Shown here in pieces: positions 10,274-21,995 of a stretch of DNA of 64,000 bases. The stretch spans positions 2,330 through 66,329 of the forward strand of contig JAAYPM010000112.1 in NCBI GenBank assembly GCA_012519815.1, read 5' to 3'. Position 1 is the stretch's first letter; each line of letters begins with the position of its first letter. Source of the DNA: Bacteroidales bacterium. GTDB taxonomy: Bacteria > Bacteroidota > Bacteroidia > Bacteroidales > UBA1715. The position numbers and the translations under genes are program-made. A model generated the notes under the pieces. The model worked only from the letters and a program-made list of their open reading frames with translations. It did no database searches and was not told where the DNA came from.

Positions 10274-10825
10274 ATGAAAAAAAAGGTGCACGTTTTTGTG
10301 CTGATATTTGTTGTAATGCCAATGATTGGATTTGCTCAAAAACAAGATACTGAGTTTATACATATAGATATTCATCCGTTTGTTGCACATGGAAGATATA
10401 GTATAATTCAATTGCAAAATCCAGAATTGTACGATAAATTATATGCAAGTGGCGATATGTTTGGTGGTATTCAATTACGAACGAAAACAAATGTAAATAT
10501 TCATGTACTTGTGGGGTATGAGTCTGCACATCCTTCACTTGTAGGGGCATCAAGTTCGCCAGATTTTTTTGTGAAAACTAAATACGCGGGAGTAGGGGTT
10601 GAATATGAGTATATTGCACGTAAAAAACAACTGTGGTATTTAGGGTTTTCGTCTTTATTGCTTTACACTCATAAACATCTGCATATTGAAAAAAGTAAGA
10701 CTTTTTCACATTCATATAATCTTACTATTGTAGGATGGCGATATTCATTTGCAAAACGTGCGTCTCTTTTTTTTGAAGCAGGAGCTGGTGAATCTGGCTT
10801 TATTCGTGGAGGTGTTTGTTTGTAG
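10274..10825 (+). CDS. Small putative outer-membrane beta-barrel protein
   Basis: 183 aa from the internal Met, with signal peptide MKKKVHVFVLIFVVMPMIGFAQ. The sequence shows alternating hydrophobic beta-strand patterns and glycine/aromatic-rich segments. Confidence 0.45.
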   Translation: MKKKVHVFVLIFVVMPMIGFAQKQDTEFIHIDIHPFVAHGRYSIIQLQNPELYDKLYASGDMFGGIQLRTKTNVNIHVLVGYESAHPSLVGASSSPDFFVKTKYAGVGVEYEYIARKKQLWYLGFSSLLLYTHKHLHIEKSKTFSHSYNLTIVGWRYSFAKRASLFFEAGAGESGFIRGGVCL

Positions 10826-10885
10826 TGTATTGAGTTTTGCAAATCTTGATAAAACAAATGATATAATTGTACAACATATTAAAAA

Positions 10886-10928
10886 CAAAAGCGAGATTGA
10901 ATGTTTTTCAGTATCAATCTCGCTTTTA
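10886..10928. terminator. Bidirectional rho-independent terminator between convergent genes
   Basis: 11-bp stem AGCGAGATTGA (10890-10900) / TCAATCTCGCT (10914-10924), with an A-run upstream and a T-run downstream. Confidence 0.7.
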
Positions 10929-10952
10929 CGTATAATGTAAACTATGAGAGTT

Positions 10953-11450
10953 TTATTCTGTAGGTTTACCAGATGCTATATTTTTACTACGTTCTATTGA
11001 TTGAAGAGCTAAATAATTATCACCAAATTTTGTAAGATTATCTATTTCAGTGTCGTATTGGTCGTAATGGCGTTCTTCGTCTTCTACTAATGCTTCAAAA
11101 ATTTTTTTAGATACAGAATCTGCATTTTTTGAACATTCATTTGCCCATATATTATAATCTCTCACACTATCACTTTCCATTTCAGCAGCTTTTTCAAGCA
11201 TTTTTCTTACATCGTGAATTTTTTGAACGTCATGAGCAACTTTCATTTCCACTTCTCCTTTAAGAAATAAAACTCGTTCAGCAAGTTCTTCAACATGCAC
11301 CATTTCTTCTATTGCTGTACGTTTAAATAGATTTGACAATAAATCATATCCTAAATCATCACAACGAAAATGAAAATACATATATTGATGAACGGCTGCT
11401 AATTCATCAGCAATTGCTTTGTTTAATAATTCTATACTTTTTTCTTTCAT
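10953..11450 (-). CDS. Bacterioferritin-like ferritin-family protein
   Basis: 165 aa that aligns by eye to Bfr. Di-iron ligand pattern: ADELAAVHQY, IEEMVHVEE, EMESDS, VEDEERH. A Met is present at the position of the Bfr haem ligand (EEMVH). Confidence 0.75.
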   Translation of the reverse strand: MKEKSIELLNKAIADELAAVHQYMYFHFRCDDLGYDLLSNLFKRTAIEEMVHVEELAERVLFLKGEVEMKVAHDVQKIHDVRKMLEKAAEMESDSVRDYNIWANECSKNADSVSKKIFEALVEDEERHYDQYDTEIDNLTKFGDNYLALQSIERSKNIASGKPTE

Positions 11451-11468
11451 ATTTGTATGTTTTTAATA

Positions 11469-12941
11469 TTAATTAATTTCACTCATTGCTATTCCTAACG
11501 CAGACGCTACTCCTTTTCCATATTTTTCGTCTGCTTTTAAACAATTACACACATGTCTCACTTTTATTTCTTTTGGAGCATCGCCCATTGCTCTTGCAGT
11601 ATTTTCAAATAGCACTTGTTGTTGAGCGGCACTCATTAATCTAAATAAATCACCTGTTTGTGCATAATCATCGCCGTCATCGTCTCTATGGTTCCAATGA
11701 TCGGCGGAGCCATCTAACTCTAATGGAGGTTCTTTAAATTCGGGTTGTTCTTGCCATTCTCCGTAACTATTTGGTTCATATCCTAATGTTGCTCCATAAT
11801 TTCCGTCTGTTCTCATTTGTCCATCACGATGAAACATATTTAAAAAAGGACATTTTGATTTGTTTACTGGTATAAGATGGTGATTTACGCCAAGTCTATA
11901 GCGTTGTGCATCACCATACGAAAATAATCTACCTTGTAACATTTTGTCAGGCGAAAACCCAATTCCGGGGACAATATTTGCTGGATTGAATGCTGCTTGT
12001 TCAACATCTGCAAAATAGTTTTCAGGATTTACATTCAATTCCATTACACCCACATCAATTAATGGAAATTCTTTTTGCGACCAAACTTTTGTCAAATCAA
12101 AAGGATTATGTTTATGTTTTTTAGCTTGATCATCAGTCATTACTTGAATCTTCATCGTCCATTTTGGAAAATCTCCTTTTTCAATACTGTCAAATAAATC
12201 ACGTTGATGGCTTTCGCGACATTTTCCAATTAATGCTTCTGCTTCTTGGTCGGTAAGATTTTTAATTCCTTGCTGAGTATGAAGATGGAATTTAACCCAA
12301 ATTCTTTCATTTTTAGCATTATACATGCTAAACGTGTGACTACCATATCCATGCATGTGCCGATATGATGCAGGAATACCTCTATCACTCATTGTAATGG
12401 TTACTTGATGTAGAGCTTCGGGTAATAGTGTCCAAAAATCCCAGTTGTTTTTTGCACTTCGTAAATTTGTTTTCGGATCACGTTTTACAGCATGGTTCAA
12501 ATCGGGAAATTTTAAAGGGTCTTTTAAAAAGAACACCGGTGTATTGTTGCCTACTAAATCCCAATTGCCTTCTTCGGTATAAAATTTTACTGCAAATCCA
12601 CGAATATCTCTTTCTGCGTCTGCAGCACCTCGTTCGCCTGCAACGGTAGAAAAACGAGCAAATAATTCTGTTTTTTTGCCTATTTCCGAAAAGATTTTTG
12701 CTTTTGTATATTTTGTAATATCATGTGTTACCGTAAATGTACCAAATGCTCCTGAGCCTTTTGCATGCATACGTCTTTCGGGTATTACTTCTCTATCAAA
12801 ATGTGCTAATTTTTCAAGAAACCAAATGTCTTGTAAAAGCATTGGACCTCGTGGTCCTGCTGTCATAGCATTTTGATTGTCAACAATAGGAGCGCCCGAG
12901 CTACTTGTTAATTTTTTTTCATCCATTTCATATGTTTTCAT
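11469..12941 (-). CDS. Monofunctional haem catalase (small-subunit type)
   Basis: 490 aa with catalase core motifs: [61 protein letters not shown]. Confidence 0.95.
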   Translation of the reverse strand: MKTYEMDEKKLTSSSGAPIVDNQNAMTAGPRGPMLLQDIWFLEKLAHFDREVIPERRMHAKGSGAFGTFTVTHDITKYTKAKIFSEIGKKTELFARFSTVAGERGAADAERDIRGFAVKFYTEEGNWDLVGNNTPVFFLKDPLKFPDLNHAVKRDPKTNLRSAKNNWDFWTLLPEALHQVTITMSDRGIPASYRHMHGYGSHTFSMYNAKNERIWVKFHLHTQQGIKNLTDQEAEALIGKCRESHQRDLFDSIEKGDFPKWTMKIQVMTDDQAKKHKHNPFDLTKVWSQKEFPLIDVGVMELNVNPENYFADVEQAAFNPANIVPGIGFSPDKMLQGRLFSYGDAQRYRLGVNHHLIPVNKSKCPFLNMFHRDGQMRTDGNYGATLGYEPNSYGEWQEQPEFKEPPLELDGSADHWNHRDDDGDDYAQTGDLFRLMSAAQQQVLFENTARAMGDAPKEIKVRHVCNCLKADEKYGKGVASALGIAMSEIN

Positions 12942-13189
12942 TTTTATGTTGAAACTATTATATATGTTATGTATTTATCAAAATCTCTTATTTTTTAAGG
13001 AATCATTTATTTCAAAAAACAATGATATATACCACATAGTTTAACAAATATAAACAAAAGAGAATAAAGAAAAAACAGAAGTGTTTAAAAAACGTATTTT
13101 AGTATAGAAATAAACATACACACAATTCTATTTTTTATCACAAAACGTATAGCTTGTAACATTCACTTAATTAATATGTTGTAAAAAAA

Positions 13190-14554
13190 TTACGAATATT
13201 TTTCTAATAAATATTTTTTAAATGTAGCATAATTTCCTTGCACTCTATCAAATTGTTCGGGGAGTGTGTCTAAGTTTTGCAAACTTGGTGGCAGTTCTGG
13301 ATTTACACCTGTTTGTTCAATAATTGCCTGCGGAAATTTAGCAGGATGTGCTGTTTCTAATGAAACTATAAGTGCATTGTTTTCTGTTGGATTTTGTGCA
13401 CAATATTCTTCTACACACCGCCAACCTACTGCTCCATGGGGTTCTAATAAAACATTATATTGTTCCCATGTGCGAGCAATTGTTTGTTTTGTTAGTTCAT
13501 CACTTACACTTACTGCAAAAAAATCATTTTGCAACAATGTATAATCAGGATTTTTTGTAATTATGCCTTTTTCGTCCATATTTCCGCCGTAAAGCTCAAT
13601 AACACGTGCAAGATTGCTTGGATGTCCAACATTCATAGCATTTGAAATACAGTTAATAGAAGGTTCAATTTTAGCATACTTTTGTGTGCGAAGCAGTGTT
13701 TCAAATTCATTGTTTTGATTTACCGCAATAAGAATTTTTTTCACTGGTAATCCCATTTTTGAAGCAAGTACGCATCCCATCATATCTCCAAAATTTCCTG
13801 ATGGAATAGAAAATAGTATTGGTTGATCTTTTGATGTAGCCAAACGAGAATATGCATATATATAATACACAATTTGCGGAATAAGTCGCCCAATATTAAT
13901 AGAATTTGCACTTGTAAGCTCAAGATGACGGAGGTCTGGGTCAGAAAATGCTTCTTTTACCATTGCTTGTGCATCGTCAAATTTACCATCAATAGCAATT
14001 ATTTGAATATTTTTACCAAGTGTGGTCATTTGTTTCCGTTGACGGTCAGACACTTCTGATTCTGGAAAAAGCACAGCAATTTGAATGTTTGAACGCTTAT
14101 AAAAAGCATGAGCAACAGCACTCCCCGTATCTCCAGAGGTTGCGGTAAGAATAAGTTTATGAGCATTGTTTTTTTGTAAAAAAAACTGCATTAATCGCCC
14201 CATCATTTGTCCCGCAAAATCTTTAAACGATGCGGTTGGACCTTGATCAAGACGCATTATATATTTATTGTCAACAACAGCTTCTAAAGGAATATCAAAT
14301 GTATATGCTTCTTGGCACATAGTTTTGAGCGTGTTTGCAGGCACTTCATTCCCAAAAAACTTTGAAAATACTGCAAATGCAATTTCTGCATATGGTTTTT
14401 GAGAAAAACCTGTAATTTCTTCAGAAGAAAATACAGGAATAGCATCGGGCATATATAGTCCTTTATCGGGAGCTAAACCTTGTAACAATGCGTCGCCAAA
14501 CGAAATTTTTGGAGCAGCGTGATTTGTAGAATAATATAAAATTGATTGTGCCAT
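13190..14554 (-). CDS. thrC: Threonine synthase
   Basis: PLP-Lys motif GPTASFKDFAGQ and an overall ThrC pattern. The start at 14554 (MAQSILYY) is preferred; an upstream ATG at 14578 is possible. Confidence 0.9.
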   Translation of the reverse strand: MAQSILYYSTNHAAPKISFGDALLQGLAPDKGLYMPDAIPVFSSEEITGFSQKPYAEIAFAVFSKFFGNEVPANTLKTMCQEAYTFDIPLEAVVDNKYIMRLDQGPTASFKDFAGQMMGRLMQFFLQKNNAHKLILTATSGDTGSAVAHAFYKRSNIQIAVLFPESEVSDRQRKQMTTLGKNIQIIAIDGKFDDAQAMVKEAFSDPDLRHLELTSANSINIGRLIPQIVYYIYAYSRLATSKDQPILFSIPSGNFGDMMGCVLASKMGLPVKKILIAVNQNNEFETLLRTQKYAKIEPSINCISNAMNVGHPSNLARVIELYGGNMDEKGIITKNPDYTLLQNDFFAVSVSDELTKQTIARTWEQYNVLLEPHGAVGWRCVEEYCAQNPTENNALIVSLETAHPAKFPQAIIEQTGVNPELPPSLQNLDTLPEQFDRVQGNYATFKKYLLEKYS

Positions 14555-14664
14555 AGTATAATTATTTACTTTCAGCAAAAATACATGATTTGCGTATATT
14601 GAATACTATTTAGGAGACTTTTTTTGTGTATGTTAGTTTTTGATAGAACAATAAAGAAAGATAA

Positions 14665-14699
14665 CAAAAAAACGGCAGTCTGTAGAAGGCTGCCGTTTT
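14665..14699 (-). terminator. Rho-independent terminator of gapA
   Basis: Stem AACGGCAG (14671-14678) / CTGCCGTT (14690-14697). Read on the minus strand, the stem is followed by a T-run (the A-run at 14665-14672 on the plus strand). Confidence 0.7.
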
Positions 14700-14724
14700 A
14701 TATAATGTAGTAAAAAATAACGTA

Positions 14725-15735
<1,011 letters not shown>

Positions 15736-15774
15736 TTATAATTTATATTAATTAATATGTTTTTTTTACGTTGA

Positions 15775-15804
15775 CAAAATTATATAAAAATATGTAATTG
15801 CCAA
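15775..15804 (-). promoter_or_regulatory. Bacteroidota-type promoter for gapA
   Basis: On the minus strand: TTG (complement of 15802-15804), a 19-nt spacer, then TAATTTTG (complement of 15775-15782), about 45 nt upstream of the ATG. Confidence 0.45.
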
Positions 15805-16031
15805 ATCATTACGTTGCTAAATATTGAACGAGAAACTATAAAATTACTCATTTTTTTACCTGATGAAAGACCTGTATTGTAAAATCGCAGGTGTTTTATA
15901 AATAAAAAATACTATGTTTGTAGATAGTAAAAATGTATATGTACTTATGCTATTACATGGCAATACCCAAAAAAAAACAGGCTTTGTTTTTTTGGAAAAT
16001 ATACATATTATAGTGCGAAAAAATACTTTTT

Positions 16032-16802
16032 ATGCAATTTATAAATACTCATTCTCACCTGTATGTTCAAGAATTTGATGCCGATAGACATGAAGTTATT
16101 GAACGGGCTAAACAGGCAGGGGTTTCTCATATTTTATTACCCGATATTAATGCGCAAAAAAGACCGCATCTTCAAGCCTTAGTAGCACAATATCCTGATA
16201 TGTGTGTGCCTATGATTGGTGTGCACCCTACGTATATTAAGCAAAACTACAAAGAAGAGTTAGATGCGTTTGAAACTGCATTTGAATCTGCCAAACATAT
16301 ATGTGCAATTGGTGAAATTGGCATTGATTTATATAGAGATACCACCTTTGTTGCTGAACAAAAAGATGCGTTTTTATATCAAGTTCGTTTTGCTCAAAAA
16401 CATAACTTGCCGATAGTAATTCATGCTCGCAATGCCTTTCCGCATATATTTGATATGTTATCGGAATTGCCAAATCAAACATTTCGTGGAGTGTTTCATT
16501 GTTTTTCGGGAACTCTTAAAGATGCTCACAAGGCTATTCAATTAGGATTTCACATAGGTATAGGTGGCGTTGTTACCTATAAAAATTCTGAATTACCTTC
16601 TATTATTTCAGAAATTGATATGTCGCATATTTTATTAGAAACCGATGATCCGTGGTTACCTCCCGTGCCTTTTCGCGGGAAACGCAACGAACCTTCGTAT
16701 ATTATATATATAGCACAAAAAGTTGCAGAAATAAAACAATGTTCATTACTTGAAGTTTCTCAAAAAACTACTCAAAATGCTATACAATTATTTTCGTTAT
16801 GA
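16032..16802 (+). CDS. TatD-family metal-dependent hydrolase/DNase
   Basis: 256 aa. Contains the N-terminal HSHL metal motif, IGEIGIDLYR, VIHARNAF and LLETDDPWL. Confidence 0.85.
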   Translation: MQFINTHSHLYVQEFDADRHEVIERAKQAGVSHILLPDINAQKRPHLQALVAQYPDMCVPMIGVHPTYIKQNYKEELDAFETAFESAKHICAIGEIGIDLYRDTTFVAEQKDAFLYQVRFAQKHNLPIVIHARNAFPHIFDMLSELPNQTFRGVFHCFSGTLKDAHKAIQLGFHIGIGGVVTYKNSELPSIISEIDMSHILLETDDPWLPPVPFRGKRNEPSYIIYIAQKVAEIKQCSLLEVSQKTTQNAIQLFSL

Positions 16803-18061
16803 GTACTTCACAGTTTGCTGATACATACTTTGCCCGCTTTCAAGCAAATCCTCCGTATATTACACAAAAACCCGCTTCTAACGTGTCTCTTGTGGTTGTT
16901 ATTCCCTGTTATTTTGAACCAGATATTGTATTTACATTACAATCGCTCTGTGCTTGTGAAAAACCAAAAGGAAGTGTGGAAATTATTGTTGTAATAAATC
17001 ATAGCGAATCGGACACAAAAGAAACAGCAGAATTTAACGAGCAGACATATAGTACATTACAGAAATTTGCACGAGAAATAAATATTCCATGGCTTACTAT
17101 TTTTCCTCTTTATGTTCCAAATCTACCCAAAAAACATGCAGGTGTTGGACTTGCTCGTAAAATTGGCATGGACGAGGCGGTACGGAGGTTTTCGCAACTA
17201 CATGCTCCACACGGAATTATTGCTGCCTGCGATTCAGATACTTTGGTTCAAAAGAATTTTTTTACTGCATTAGAATCTTTTTTTACACAAAATCCTTTAT
17301 GTGGCGTTGCAAATATTCATTTTGAACACCCTCTTAGTGGCGATTTACCTTTACACATGTATGCTGCAATTGCACAATATGAATTACATCTTAGATTGTA
17401 TGTGCGTGCTCTTGAGTCAATTGGATTTATATATCCCTATCATACCGTTGGTTCGAGCATGGCAGTTACTGCCGAAGCGTATTGCAGAGTTGGAGGAATG
17501 AATAAACGCCAAGCTGGCGAAGATTTTTATTTTTTGCAAAAATTATTTCAATCAGAACGTATAGGAATAATTGCTGACACTATTATTATACCATCATCTC
17601 GTGTGTCGCATAGAGTTCCTTTTGGAACGGGGCATGCTATGGCAACATTGGCACAGTCAGAAACTAAGACATTTTACAGTTATTGTCCAGAAAGTTATGA
17701 AGTGCTTCGTCAATTTATACAACCATATACATATAGAGAGCTTTCTCAGATTGAATTGGCAAAAAAATATGCAGCATTTCATCCTTCTTTACAAGAATTT
17801 ATGAGTGAACATGATTTTATTTCCAAAATTCAAGAAATAAAACAACATACTTCAAATGCAAACATGTTTAAAAAACGATTTTTTACGTGGATACATGCAT
17901 TTTTTATACTCCGATTTTTAAATACTGCACATACGTCATATTTTCAAAAAATTCCAATTAAAGATGCTGCACAAATCTTTTTGAACCTCTCTCATACCAC
18001 CTCAGTTGTTGATATGTTGCAATTTCTTAGAATTGAACAAAAACAAACACAATTGTGGTAA
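16799..18061 (+). CDS. Glycosyltransferase family 2-like protein
   Basis: 420 aa. Contains VVIPCYFEPDIV, an acidic DSD motif (ACDSDT) and QAGEDFYF. It overlaps the TatD stop by 4 nt (ATGA). Confidence 0.7.
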   Translation: MSTSQFADTYFARFQANPPYITQKPASNVSLVVVIPCYFEPDIVFTLQSLCACEKPKGSVEIIVVINHSESDTKETAEFNEQTYSTLQKFAREINIPWLTIFPLYVPNLPKKHAGVGLARKIGMDEAVRRFSQLHAPHGIIAACDSDTLVQKNFFTALESFFTQNPLCGVANIHFEHPLSGDLPLHMYAAIAQYELHLRLYVRALESIGFIYPYHTVGSSMAVTAEAYCRVGGMNKRQAGEDFYFLQKLFQSERIGIIADTIIIPSSRVSHRVPFGTGHAMATLAQSETKTFYSYCPESYEVLRQFIQPYTYRELSQIELAKKYAAFHPSLQEFMSEHDFISKIQEIKQHTSNANMFKKRFFTWIHAFFILRFLNTAHTSYFQKIPIKDAAQIFLNLSHTTSVVDMLQFLRIEQKQTQLW

Positions 18062-18117
18062 TTTTTTATAATAATAGATATATGTGCAAGAAAACGTGTT
18101 GTTTAACGCACATTCAT

Positions 18118-18147
18118 TTGTTTTTTGAAAACTTTCTTATATATTTG
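18118..18147 (+). promoter_or_regulatory. Bacteroidota-type promoter for hup
   Basis: TTG at 18118-18120, a 19-nt spacer, then TATATTTG at 18140-18147. Confidence 0.5.
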
Positions 18148-18190
18148 CACATACACGTTAAATAAGTATTAACTATAAATTTTTAGAACT

Positions 18191-18463
18191 ATGAACAAAG
18201 CAGAATTAATTGACCAAATTGCAACCGGTTCTGGATTATCAAAAACTGATTCAAAAAAAGCATTAGATGCTTGCGTAAGTGCTATTACAGGAGCGTTAAA
18301 AAAAGGTGATAAAGTAGCTTTGGTTGGGTTTGGAACATTCTCTGTTTCAGCTCGTTCGGCACGAACTGGAAGAAATCCACAAACAGGAAAAACAATTGCA
18401 ATCTCTGCAAAAAAAGTGGCAAAATTTAAAGCTGGAAAAGAACTCGCAGATGCGGTAAACTAA
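18191..18463 (+). CDS. hup: HU-family DNA-binding protein
   Basis: 90 aa. Contains MNKAELI, GFGTFSV and the RNPQTG arm motif. Confidence 0.95.
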   Translation: MNKAELIDQIATGSGLSKTDSKKALDACVSAITGALKKGDKVALVGFGTFSVSARSARTGRNPQTGKTIAISAKKVAKFKAGKELADAVN

Positions 18464-18487
18464 TTGCTTTAAAGAATATATTAAAAA

Positions 18488-18517
18488 GGGAGTGTATATT
18501 ATGCTCCCTTTTTTTTT
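18488..18517 (+). terminator. Rho-independent terminator of hup
   Basis: Stem GGGAG (18488-18492) / CTCCC (18504-18508), extendable with flanking A/T pairs, followed by a 9-T run. Confidence 0.75.
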
Positions 18518-18660
18518 GTTAAAAAAAAACAATACCTCGCAAGCTTTCAAGTAAAAACAATGTTTTTTTATATAAATTTAACATAAATTTAACATAGCGA
18601 ATTATATTTTTTTAAATTAAAATAGTTTTGTTTGTATAATAAATGTTAAAATTTACATCT

Positions 18661-19665
18661 ATGAAACAAAGATTTTTACTTTTGTGTATGTGTGTTGCCG
18701 TTTCAATAGGCATATTTGCACAAGAATCTGACACTTTTGTTCCAAACGGAAAAGTATCTGCAACAATTTTCTCAAATTATCATACGCAATTTACTTCAGA
18801 AAAGGTAAATTCTGTTGGATTTAACTTAGAACGTGCGTATTTTGGATATGCATATAATATAAGCAAAGAATTTTCTGCCCAACTTATGGTAGATGTAGGT
18901 TCGCCAAATGAGATGTCGATAGGGGCATCGAAAAGTCAACTTATACGCCTCCGAAATGCGTATGGAACATATTCTCTTGATAATTCAACAACAATTAGTT
19001 TCGGTTTAATTGACTTAATGACATGTCAATTACAAGAAGATTTTTGGGGATATCGATATGTGTATAAAACCTTTTTGCAAGAACATAACATAGGAAAAAA
19101 AACTGATTTAGGTGTAATTCTAAAACATTCGGTAAGTGAACAACTCGATTTTGATATTGCAATTACCAATGGTGAAGAATTTACAAATGTACAAGCCGAT
19201 ATGGATTTTTTATATGGATTTGGAGCTACTATAAAACCAACAAATGAATTTTTATTTCGTGTGTATGGCGATTATTCACGCCTTTCAAATAATCCTGTGA
19301 ATCTTAATTCTTTAGTATCAATTACACCAAATGATAAAATTTCATGGAATGCAGAATATATGTATTCGTTTAATAATAAAAATATTGACAAACATGATTT
19401 GGCAGGATTCTCATTATATACAACATATAAAATAGATGAACAAATAAAAGTATTTGCTCGCTTTGATAAATTATGGTCAAATGTTGTAGAAAATGAAATT
19501 GACCCATGGAATGAAGCAAAAGACGGAAACGCAATAATTGGCGGCTTGGAATATACCCCTATCAAAAACTTGCGGATTTCATTAAATTATGCAGGCTGGA
19601 TTTTTGACAACAGCTCATATAAAACTAAAAACAGAATTGGTATTTATACCGAAATTACATTTTAA
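18661..19665 (+). CDS. Putative outer-membrane porin, possibly anion/phosphate-selective
   Basis: Signal peptide MKQRFLLLCMCVAVSIGIFAQ, beta-strand-rich sequence and a C-terminal aromatic residue (ITF). It lies directly upstream of the phosphate transporter. The alternative start is 18643. Confidence 0.55.
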   Translation: MKQRFLLLCMCVAVSIGIFAQESDTFVPNGKVSATIFSNYHTQFTSEKVNSVGFNLERAYFGYAYNISKEFSAQLMVDVGSPNEMSIGASKSQLIRLRNAYGTYSLDNSTTISFGLIDLMTCQLQEDFWGYRYVYKTFLQEHNIGKKTDLGVILKHSVSEQLDFDIAITNGEEFTNVQADMDFLYGFGATIKPTNEFLFRVYGDYSRLSNNPVNLNSLVSITPNDKISWNAEYMYSFNNKNIDKHDLAGFSLYTTYKIDEQIKVFARFDKLWSNVVENEIDPWNEAKDGNAIIGGLEYTPIKNLRISLNYAGWIFDNSSYKTKNRIGIYTEITF

Positions 19666-19725
19666 TTAATTATTATTTTTTACACATATAAAACTTTGCG
19701 TGAGCCTCATTTTATTTAGAATTTT

Positions 19726-21960
19726 ATGGAACATTATTACATTATATTAGTTGGGATATTATTTATTTTTGCTGTTTTTAATTTAGTTGTTGGGGTTTCA
19801 AATGATGCTGCAAATTTTTTAAGTTCTGCAATTGGAGCAAAAGCAGCACCTTTTTGGGTAGTTATTTTAATAGCTTCATTCGGTATCTTAGGCGGCGTAC
19901 TCTCTTCTGATGGAATGATGGAGGTGGTTCGAAGCGGTATCTTTATTCCCAGTATGTTTAGTTTTCATGATATTATGATAATTTTCATAGCTGTTATGAT
20001 TACGAATGTATTATTGTTTGAGGCATTTAACACACTTGGATTACCAACTTCAACAACTGTTTCTATTGTATTTGAACTCCTTGGTGGTGCTGTTGCCATA
20101 GCTGTAATAAGACTTAATACAGCTCAACAACCACTTATGAATTTATTTGAATATATAAATACAGCAAACGCAATTCGTATTATTATTGGTATTTTTACCT
20201 CAATAATTGTTGCCTTCTTTTTTGGTTTGCTTGTGCAATGGATTGTGCGATTTATTTTTTCATTTAATTATGAAAAAGCAATGCAACGATTTGGTTCTTT
20301 GTTTGGAGGAATAGCAATAACGGTGCTTGTATATTTTATGATTATTAAAGGTGCAAAACATGCTCAGTTTTTAACTGATTCTGTAAAAGACTTTATTCAA
20401 GAAAATATGTCTCATTTATGGATATATAGTATTATTGTTTTTACAATTATTATTAAACTTTTACAATTATTATTCAAAATTAATGTACTTAAATTAGTGG
20501 TTTTGGTAGGTACGTTTGCTTTAGCTCTTGCATTTGCCGGAAACGACCTTGTTAATTTTATAGGCGTGCCGCTTGCTGGTTTACATTCATTTCAAGTTTT
20601 TATGACAAATGGAGCAGCAAACGATACGTTTGCCATGGATGCACTTATGGGAAATGTGGTTACTCCTTCAATTTTTTTACTTATTGCAGGAATGATAATG
20701 GTGCTTACGTTATGGCTATCTAAAAAAGCAAAACATGTTACGCAAACTACAATTAATCTTAGCGACCAATCGCAAGGACCCAAACAATTTGGATCCTCTC
20801 TTATAGCACGTATTATTGTGCGTTCGGCAACTCGCTTTTCGGAACGGGTTTCTTCTTTTGTTCCACAACGAATAGCAGCATTCGTAAATTCACGTTTCCA
20901 ACCAAAAGATGTAGAAGGAGATGTAAGCAATGTTGCTTCGTTTGACTTATTACGTGCATCTATAAACCTTATGGTTGCAAGTATGCTTATAACTGTTGGA
21001 ACTTCATATAAACTCCCACTTTCTACTACGTATGTTATATTCATGGTAGCTATGGCAAGTTCTTTTGCCGACGGTGCGTGGGGACGAGAATCGGCGGTAT
21101 ATCGAATTACTGGCGTACTAACTGTTATTTCTGGATGGTTTTTAACAGCCTTTATTGCGTTTATTACAACAGCTATTATGGTGTTTGTGATAAATAAAGG
21201 CGAAATGTACGCATTAATCCCTCTCATTTTTATTACTTTATTTGTGATTACACGTTCGCAAATATTTAAATCACAATATAAGAAAAAGCAAGATGCATTA
21301 AATGCTCAAAAAATTGATGTGTATGAATCAAATATTGTTACACGCTCTTTTGCAAACGTAAATTCTGTATTACTTCAAATAAATGATATTATTTCTCAAG
21401 TGTATGCTGGATTTGACCATTATAATCATCATGAATTAAAACGTGCAAAGCAGCGTGCAAAACAACTTGATGCAAATGCTAAAGATTTAAAAGATAATGT
21501 AAATGTTGTTTTACAAGAAATAAGCACTGATAATTTAGAGGTAAACTATAATTATGTGCAATTACTTGATTATCTCCGAGAAATGGCACGAAGTCTTACG
21601 TTTATAGCAAACCCTTCGTTTACACATGTGAATAATAATCACCGACCGCTTATTGATGAACAAAAGGTTGAACTGCATGACATTAAAACGCAACTTAATG
21701 TATATTTTAATGCAATTATTGAAAATATTGAATCTCAAGATTTTTCGAGCCTCGAATTAATAGCAGATTTACAAGCTGAATTGTTCGAAACAATTAATAA
21801 AACACGCAAAAAACAAATGAAGCGTATGAAATCAAAACTTGTGAATACACGCAATAGCCTTTTATATCTTCAATTGTTACATGAAATGAAACAAATTATT
21901 TCTTATTCTATGAATGCGTTTAAATCTCATAGAGATTTGGTTGTTTCTTATAATTCATAA
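19726..21960 (+). CDS. Inorganic phosphate transporter, PiT (PHO4) family, long form with a C-terminal soluble helical domain
   Basis: 744 aa. It has the duplicated PiT signature (GVSNDAANFL near the N-terminus, AGNDLVNFIGVPLAG mid-protein), many TM segments, and a ~230-aa hydrophilic helical C-terminal region. Confidence 0.85.
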   Translation: MEHYYIILVGILFIFAVFNLVVGVSNDAANFLSSAIGAKAAPFWVVILIASFGILGGVLSSDGMMEVVRSGIFIPSMFSFHDIMIIFIAVMITNVLLFEAFNTLGLPTSTTVSIVFELLGGAVAIAVIRLNTAQQPLMNLFEYINTANAIRIIIGIFTSIIVAFFFGLLVQWIVRFIFSFNYEKAMQRFGSLFGGIAITVLVYFMIIKGAKHAQFLTDSVKDFIQENMSHLWIYSIIVFTIIIKLLQLLFKINVLKLVVLVGTFALALAFAGNDLVNFIGVPLAGLHSFQVFMTNGAANDTFAMDALMGNVVTPSIFLLIAGMIMVLTLWLSKKAKHVTQTTINLSDQSQGPKQFGSSLIARIIVRSATRFSERVSSFVPQRIAAFVNSRFQPKDVEGDVSNVASFDLLRASINLMVASMLITVGTSYKLPLSTTYVIFMVAMASSFADGAWGRESAVYRITGVLTVISGWFLTAFIAFITTAIMVFVINKGEMYALIPLIFITLFVITRSQIFKSQYKKKQDALNAQKIDVYESNIVTRSFANVNSVLLQINDIISQVYAGFDHYNHHELKRAKQRAKQLDANAKDLKDNVNVVLQEISTDNLEVNYNYVQLLDYLREMARSLTFIANPSFTHVNNNHRPLIDEQKVELHDIKTQLNVYFNAIIENIESQDFSSLELIADLQAELFETINKTRKKQMKRMKSKLVNTRNSLLYLQLLHEMKQIISYSMNAFKSHRDLVVSYNS

Positions 21961-21995
21961 AAAACACAAACATACCAGTTTGTAATGATGCAAAC

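Noticed and set aside
10953-12941. Bacterioferritin-like gene plus catalase as an accessory stress island
   Set aside because: This is an ordinary oxidative-stress gene pair. I saw no mobility signatures, no repeats and nothing unusual in the sequences.
20592-21227. 211-aa ORF antisense to the PiT phosphate transporter
   Set aside because: It lies entirely inside a well-supported transporter gene on the other strand. Its odd composition is typical of a shadow ORF in AT-rich DNA.
18661-21960. Porin plus long-form PiT as a novel phosphate system
   Set aside because: A long PiT with a C-terminal helical domain and an adjacent porin looks like a standard Bacteroidota arrangement. Nothing in the sequence is anomalous.
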